From contig DIZX01000016.1 of NCBI GenBank assembly GCA_002429485.1, forward strand, positions 14,889 to 78,888: a stretch of DNA of 64,000 nt. Reading direction: 5' to 3'. Each line of letters opens with the position of its first letter. Within the stretch, counting starts at the first letter, position 1. The stretch is from Patescibacteria group bacterium UBA6017. Its GTDB lineage: Bacteria > Patescibacteriota > Saccharimonadia > UBA4664. Below, piece by piece: positions 59,402-64,000 of this stretch. Both the position numbers and the translations under genes were made by a program. Under the pieces are notes generated by a model. That model saw nothing but the letters and a program-made list of their open reading frames with translations. It was not told the origin of the DNA and made no database searches.

Positions 59402-60811
59402 ATGAATCAGCATACCTCTTCGTCCAGGCCCATCCGCTCTGCCCTGCAGCACCTCATGATCCGCGACGTTCCGTCGTACGCCAATCGGTTCGCTTACTCG
59501 CTCGGTTTCCTTTCAGCTATTTCATTCCTTCTACTGGTGATCACGGGTATCATCATGGCCGCCGCGGGGCCGCACTGGTGGATCGCCAGTCCCTTGGGCC
59601 AGTATTTGCGCAGCTTCCATCTCTGGGCTACCCAAGCATTTGTGGTGTTTATCTTGCTGCATTTGACGATCGTTCTTCTGACCTCGGGGTATAAAGGCGC
59701 TCGTAAGTTCACCTGGGTGCTGGGCGTTTTCATGTTCTTGTTTGCCTTGGCCGAAGCCGAATTTGGCTATGTTTTGCGCGGTGATTTCTCGTCGCAGTAT
59801 CGCAGCCTGCAGGGAGCTGACCTGTACAACGGCAGCGGCATCGGGTGGGTGCTTAATAATCTCAATACCGGCCAAGTCATGGGCATCCATATCGCCGTTT
59901 TGCCGTTGACGTTAATTGCCCTCATACTTGCCCACTACTTCTTGGTCCGTGTTCTGGGCATTGGTAAACCCTCACCGTCCGCCGACGCCTACCCCGTAGT
60001 CAAGGCCAACCACGCCCTCTTGTTTTGGCGGGGCGGAACGGTGGTTGCGCTCGTAGCTTTGCTGGCGGTCGTGTTCCCTTCCCCGTACTTGTCACCGCTG
60101 ACGATCAGTAAGATTGCAAAGGATGACCCGACGCTGATTTCACAGACTCTCGTCAAGGAATTTGACGGTTCGTCGGACACAGCAACCTACGTAAACAATA
60201 TCGCCCCCTACACTTTTAACTCTCAGAGCGTATTCATCCAAACCCCGTACAATCAGCTTAAGGCGACTCAGTCCACCCCCAACCAGCTGACCTTGTTCCA
60301 GGCGGAGCCAGCCGAGCTGCAAAAAACACAACTTGAAGCTGCCACGGCATTTTATGCCAGCGACCCGGTAAGCAAGGTCCTTCCCAAGGGCAATTACGCA
60401 ATCGCAGTCGTCGATAGTCTTACTAATATGGCCCAAAGCGGCCTGTACGAAGCGGCCCTGCGCGATAATAACGGCACGGGATACCAGACAACCTACGTAG
60501 TTCGGTTCCTCGCCGATACGGGAATCCCCGACGAAACCGCAACCAGCTTAAGGATGACGACCGATCAATACGGTATGGTGCGCGAGGAAGCCAACAGCCC
60601 GACACCGGGCGCGTGGTGGCTTGCACCCATCGGGCTGCTCAATCACACCGTTTTGGCCAAAGATGAGGACAATGGAGACCGCGACGGCGCCATCATTATC
60701 GGTACCAGCTTGCTCCTGTTGCTCGCCTTCCCTTTCATTCCGTTCGTCAACCGTCTACCCGAACTTCTTCGAATCTATAAGCTGATCTGGCTCAAGCCAC
60801 GCTCGAAGTAA
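59402..60811 (+). CDS. Cytochrome b/b6 N-terminal-domain protein with extracellular C-terminal domain
   Basis: Heme His pairs HLW...LLH and HIAVLP...LAH, TWVLG, FGYVL. Confidence 0.85.
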   Translation: MNQHTSSSRPIRSALQHLMIRDVPSYANRFAYSLGFLSAISFLLLVITGIIMAAAGPHWWIASPLGQYLRSFHLWATQAFVVFILLHLTIVLLTSGYKGARKFTWVLGVFMFLFALAEAEFGYVLRGDFSSQYRSLQGADLYNGSGIGWVLNNLNTGQVMGIHIAVLPLTLIALILAHYFLVRVLGIGKPSPSADAYPVVKANHALLFWRGGTVVALVALLAVVFPSPYLSPLTISKIAKDDPTLISQTLVKEFDGSSDTATYVNNIAPYTFNSQSVFIQTPYNQLKATQSTPNQLTLFQAEPAELQKTQLEAATAFYASDPVSKVLPKGNYAIAVVDSLTNMAQSGLYEAALRDNNGTGYQTTYVVRFLADTGIPDETATSLRMTTDQYGMVREEANSPTPGAWWLAPIGLLNHTVLAKDEDNGDRDGAIIIGTSLLLLLAFPFIPFVNRLPELLRIYKLIWLKPRSK

Positions 60812-60896
60812 TCGCTGACGCCCCAACGATATTGGACGCGAACATATCTACGCTCATTCTCATCCAATTCTAAGTAAAGGGGAGTACATTTGCATC

Positions 60897-61337
60897 ATGA
60901 AAAAACTCTTACTAGGTGCATTTGTAGTCGGAAGCTATATCTTATATAGCATCCATCAGCGAGGCGACGGCTCATCTGCCGTAGTGCCGCCATCGATTCA
61001 ATCGACACCACCGGCATCCAGCTCAAACTCGACTCCAACCAGTACCGTTGCCTATAAAGACGGCCAGTATACCGGGCAGGCCGCTGATGCCTATTACGGC
61101 AACATTCAGGTGAAGGTCACCATTTCGGGGGGCAAGCTGTCTAATGTCGAATTCTTGCAGTACCCGAATGACCGCTCGACCTCGGTGCGTATCAACTCAC
61201 AGGCTATGCCCTACCTCAAGCAAGAGGCCATACAGGCTCAAAGCGCGAGCGTAGATGGTGTTTCGGGTGCCACCGACACCAGCCAGGCCTTCATTCAATC
61301 ACTAACGTCGGCCCTCAAGACCGCTCAATCAGCTTGA
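60897..61337 (+). CDS. Extracytosolic FMN-binding protein
   Basis: YKDGQYTG, flavinylation motif DGVSGAT. Confidence 0.92.
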   Translation: MKKLLLGAFVVGSYILYSIHQRGDGSSAVVPPSIQSTPPASSSNSTPTSTVAYKDGQYTGQAADAYYGNIQVKVTISGGKLSNVEFLQYPNDRSTSVRINSQAMPYLKQEAIQAQSASVDGVSGATDTSQAFIQSLTSALKTAQSA

Positions 61338-62077
61338 AACAGACCCGCCAATTGATGGGCATGCCGGTGACCCTCATTATCGAAGATAATATTGCTTCAC
61401 CCGATATATTTGATCAAGCCTACGCTTATTTTTCCTCGGTCGATGAGACATATAGCCCCTATAAATCGTCCAGCGAGGTGTCGCGGATAAATGCCGGGTT
61501 GGCCGAATCCAATCGTAGCCCTGGGATGCAGGAAATAATGCGGTTATGCAAGGACACCTCAACGGCCACCAACGGCTATTTTGACGCCTGGCACCAAGGC
61601 AAGTTTGACCCGTCGGGGCTCGTTAAGGGCTGGGCGATAAATAATTCAGCCAAGCTGCTCCGCGGCCTCGGCTGTCGCAATTATTATGTTGAAGCGGGGG
61701 GTGATATTCAGGTAAGCGGCTTAAATGCGGCCGGTGAGCCCTGGCAAATCGGCATCCGCAATCCGTTTGACCGCCAGCAGAACGTCAAGGTCTTATCGGT
61801 AACCACACAGGGTATAGCCACATCCGGACTCTATATCCGGGGGGAGCATATCTATAATCCGCTCAATGATGGGGCGCCTTTGAAAGACGTAGCCTCTTTG
61901 ACGGTGATCGGCCCAAATATTTACGAGGCCGACCGATTCGCGACCGCCGCCTTTGCGATGGGCGCCGGTGGTATCCGGTTTATTGATGCACTGCCGGGCT
62001 TTGAGGCGTATATGATAGATAATGCCGGCGTGGCTACCCTCACCCGGGGTTTTGAAAGGTACGTGAAGAGCGAATGA
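61334..62077 (+). CDS. apbE: FAD:protein FMN transferase
   Basis: MG, DPSGLVKGW, EAGGD, IATSG, HIYNP, AD..ATA. Confidence 0.92.
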   Translation: MKQTRQLMGMPVTLIIEDNIASPDIFDQAYAYFSSVDETYSPYKSSSEVSRINAGLAESNRSPGMQEIMRLCKDTSTATNGYFDAWHQGKFDPSGLVKGWAINNSAKLLRGLGCRNYYVEAGGDIQVSGLNAAGEPWQIGIRNPFDRQQNVKVLSVTTQGIATSGLYIRGEHIYNPLNDGAPLKDVASLTVIGPNIYEADRFATAAFAMGAGGIRFIDALPGFEAYMIDNAGVATLTRGFERYVKSE

Positions 62078-63591
62078 TGAATTATATCGACAGTCGACTT
62101 GACCGTATCACTATGTACCGCTTATTGGTGCTATACCTGGAGGTGCTGCTGGGTGCCGCTATGCTGCTGAGCGCCCTGGGGTTCCTGTCGTTCAACCCGC
62201 TGTCCATTGCCTTTTCCGCCGGGTTTCTAGTCGGAATCTGCCTGCTTGCGAACCGGATTTTTGCTTCGGTATTTAATGCGCCCGCCAACCCCGAGTCATC
62301 ACTGATTACTGCCCTGATTCTGGCGTTGATTATCACCCCGCCGGCCAGTATTCAAGGCTACGTCTTTTTGACGGCTGCCGCCGGGCTCGCGATCGCCTCA
62401 AAGTATCTCCTGACAATCCGCGGACGGCACATCTTCAATCCGGCTGCTGTCGCGGTGGCGCTTACCGCAATCGCGGCCGGTGAGTCTGCCAGCTGGTGGG
62501 TGGGCAGCGCAGTGCTTGCCCCGGTAGTGATCATTGGCGGCCTCATGCTGATTCGAAAAGTCCGGCGCGGCCAGATGGTGGCATCCTTTGTTCTTACCGC
62601 AATCGCCGCAACGGCCGCATTCGCCCTACTGGGCCATGGTGATATTGTCGGCGCCATCCAAAAAACCTTCCTGCAATCATCTCTGCTCTTCTTGGCCTTC
62701 GTAATGCTTACCGAACCCCTAACGTCGCCCGCGCGTCTGCATCAACAGCGTTGGTACGGCATGCTCACCGGCCTCCTTTTCCCGCCCCAAGTCCATATCC
62801 TTTCCCTCTATTCCACGCCCGAGCTAGTGCTATTGGTCGGTAACGTTTACGCCTATTTCGTTAATCCCAAGGTTAAGTTGGTACCTAGACTATTGAAGAA
62901 AATTGCCTGGGGTCCAAATACGGCTGATTTCGTCTTTGCTCTCGATCAACCGATTACATATGAGCCAGGCCAATATATGGAGTTTACTTTGCCGCACGAG
63001 AAGCCAGACCAACGGGGGAGTCGGCGCTACTTCACCGTTGCCTCTTCCCCGACCGAAGATACCCTCAGGCTAGGCGTAAAATTTTATCCCCAAGGCAGTA
63101 CCTACAAGCGGGCCCTCCTCACGATGACCAAGGCCACTCCCTTTGCCGCAGCACAGTTGGGTGGCGACTTCGTGCTCCCCGACGACCCTACCCGCAAACT
63201 TGCCTTCATCGCCGGGGGTATTGGCGTCACGCCGTTTAGAAGCATGATTAAATATCTGACCGATACCAACGACCCCAGATCTGTCATTATGCTGTATTCC
63301 GAACGCACAGCGTCCGATCTGGCTTACATTGACGTATTTGCGGCCGCTCAGACCAATCCCGAGACCAAGATCGTCTACGCAATTACCGATGCAGCCGCTG
63401 CCGTGCCCGCCGGGATGCATTCCGGGTCGATTACGCCAGCCTTCATCCAGGCCGAAATACCCGATTACCATGAACGATTATTCTACATATCTGGCCCTCA
63501 CACCATGGTGACTGCTATGAAGGCTGCCTTGAGCGCCCTGGGCGTACCGGATCATAATATCAAGATTGATTTCTTCCCAGGCTACGCCTAA
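62074..63591 (+). CDS. RnfD/NqrB-like membrane domain fused to an FNR-type NAD(P)H oxidoreductase
   Basis: SSLITALIL, SK...HIFNPA, MLTEPLTSP; then PGQY, RYFT, AGGIGVTP, YISGP. Confidence 0.88.
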   Translation: MMNYIDSRLDRITMYRLLVLYLEVLLGAAMLLSALGFLSFNPLSIAFSAGFLVGICLLANRIFASVFNAPANPESSLITALILALIITPPASIQGYVFLTAAAGLAIASKYLLTIRGRHIFNPAAVAVALTAIAAGESASWWVGSAVLAPVVIIGGLMLIRKVRRGQMVASFVLTAIAATAAFALLGHGDIVGAIQKTFLQSSLLFLAFVMLTEPLTSPARLHQQRWYGMLTGLLFPPQVHILSLYSTPELVLLVGNVYAYFVNPKVKLVPRLLKKIAWGPNTADFVFALDQPITYEPGQYMEFTLPHEKPDQRGSRRYFTVASSPTEDTLRLGVKFYPQGSTYKRALLTMTKATPFAAAQLGGDFVLPDDPTRKLAFIAGGIGVTPFRSMIKYLTDTNDPRSVIMLYSERTASDLAYIDVFAAAQTNPETKIVYAITDAAAAVPAGMHSGSITPAFIQAEIPDYHERLFYISGPHTMVTAMKAALSALGVPDHNIKIDFFPGYA

Positions 63592-63694
63592 TTTCTGCAT
63601 TGCCTTCCTACCGAGCATCACAGAACAAACTATTTACATAAGACATAGTTGATGGTTTAATTTAACTACGCATCCACTGACCAAGGAGGTTGTT

Positions 63695-64000
63695 ATGACT
63701 ATTGTAGGAGGAATTCCTGGTAGTAACTCTCAACTCGACGGCTCATCTGCGTTGCCAGTACCTTGGGGTATCGATCGAGGCCTTCCCCATCAGGATACGC
63801 TTCCCGGAGTCTTCCCCGAACCGGTGAAAACGTCCTGCCCGTGTGACGGAGGAGTCCACGACGTCAGCTATGGAACCCGTCAAGAGGGTGAATGCCAGCT
63901 GCACATCGTGCACACTCGTATTCCTCTGGTGGCGGGTCGGTCTGGAAAGGTGGAGCCGTTCACTCAGCAAGAGCTGCTCACGAAGGCGGGCAGAGAAATC
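63695..64000 (+). CDS. Hypothetical protein, runs off the window
   Basis: AAGGAGG RBS, ATG, frame open to the window end. Confidence 0.55.
   Translation, partial: MTIVGGIPGSNSQLDGSSALPVPWGIDRGLPHQDTLPGVFPEPVKTSCPCDGGVHDVSYGTRQEGECQLHIVHTRIPLVAGRSGKVEPFTQQELLTKAGREI

Overview
Most of this window (about 7.85-64 kb) looks like the chromosome of a Patescibacteria/CPR bacterium, probably Saccharibacteria-like. This is an inference from the style of leuS, rpmF, nusB, rnc, rpsP-khpA-trmD, a short SMC and many leaderless genes. The left 7.8 kb is the end of a visibly GC-richer island with a DndD/Rad50-like ATPase module, a complete qatABCD defence operon and an HTH ORF that starts inside a tRNA-3'-end-like att remnant. 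The most striking unexplained structure is a set of integrase-less gene cassettes stacked behind tRNA 3' ends. At 7.8-10.0 kb, three single-gene units lie between four '...TCCACCA' remnants; three of these are alignable 43-nt repeats that encode a conserved antisense peptide, and copies of one terminator recur in the array. Similar duplications flank a pyrE islet behind tRNA-Ala(GGC) and two islets behind tRNA-Gln(CTG). Other notable items are a LeuRS with an inserted ASCH-like domain, a lone leuA with a leucine attenuator, a perfect 25-bp inverted repeat, NiSOD (sodN-sodX), an ECF sigma/anti-sigma pair with two matching promoters, an orphan PhaC-like synthase, and a cytochrome b + FMN-binding protein + ApbE + RnfD-like/FNR cluster. 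All calls come from reading motifs by eye; no searches were run.
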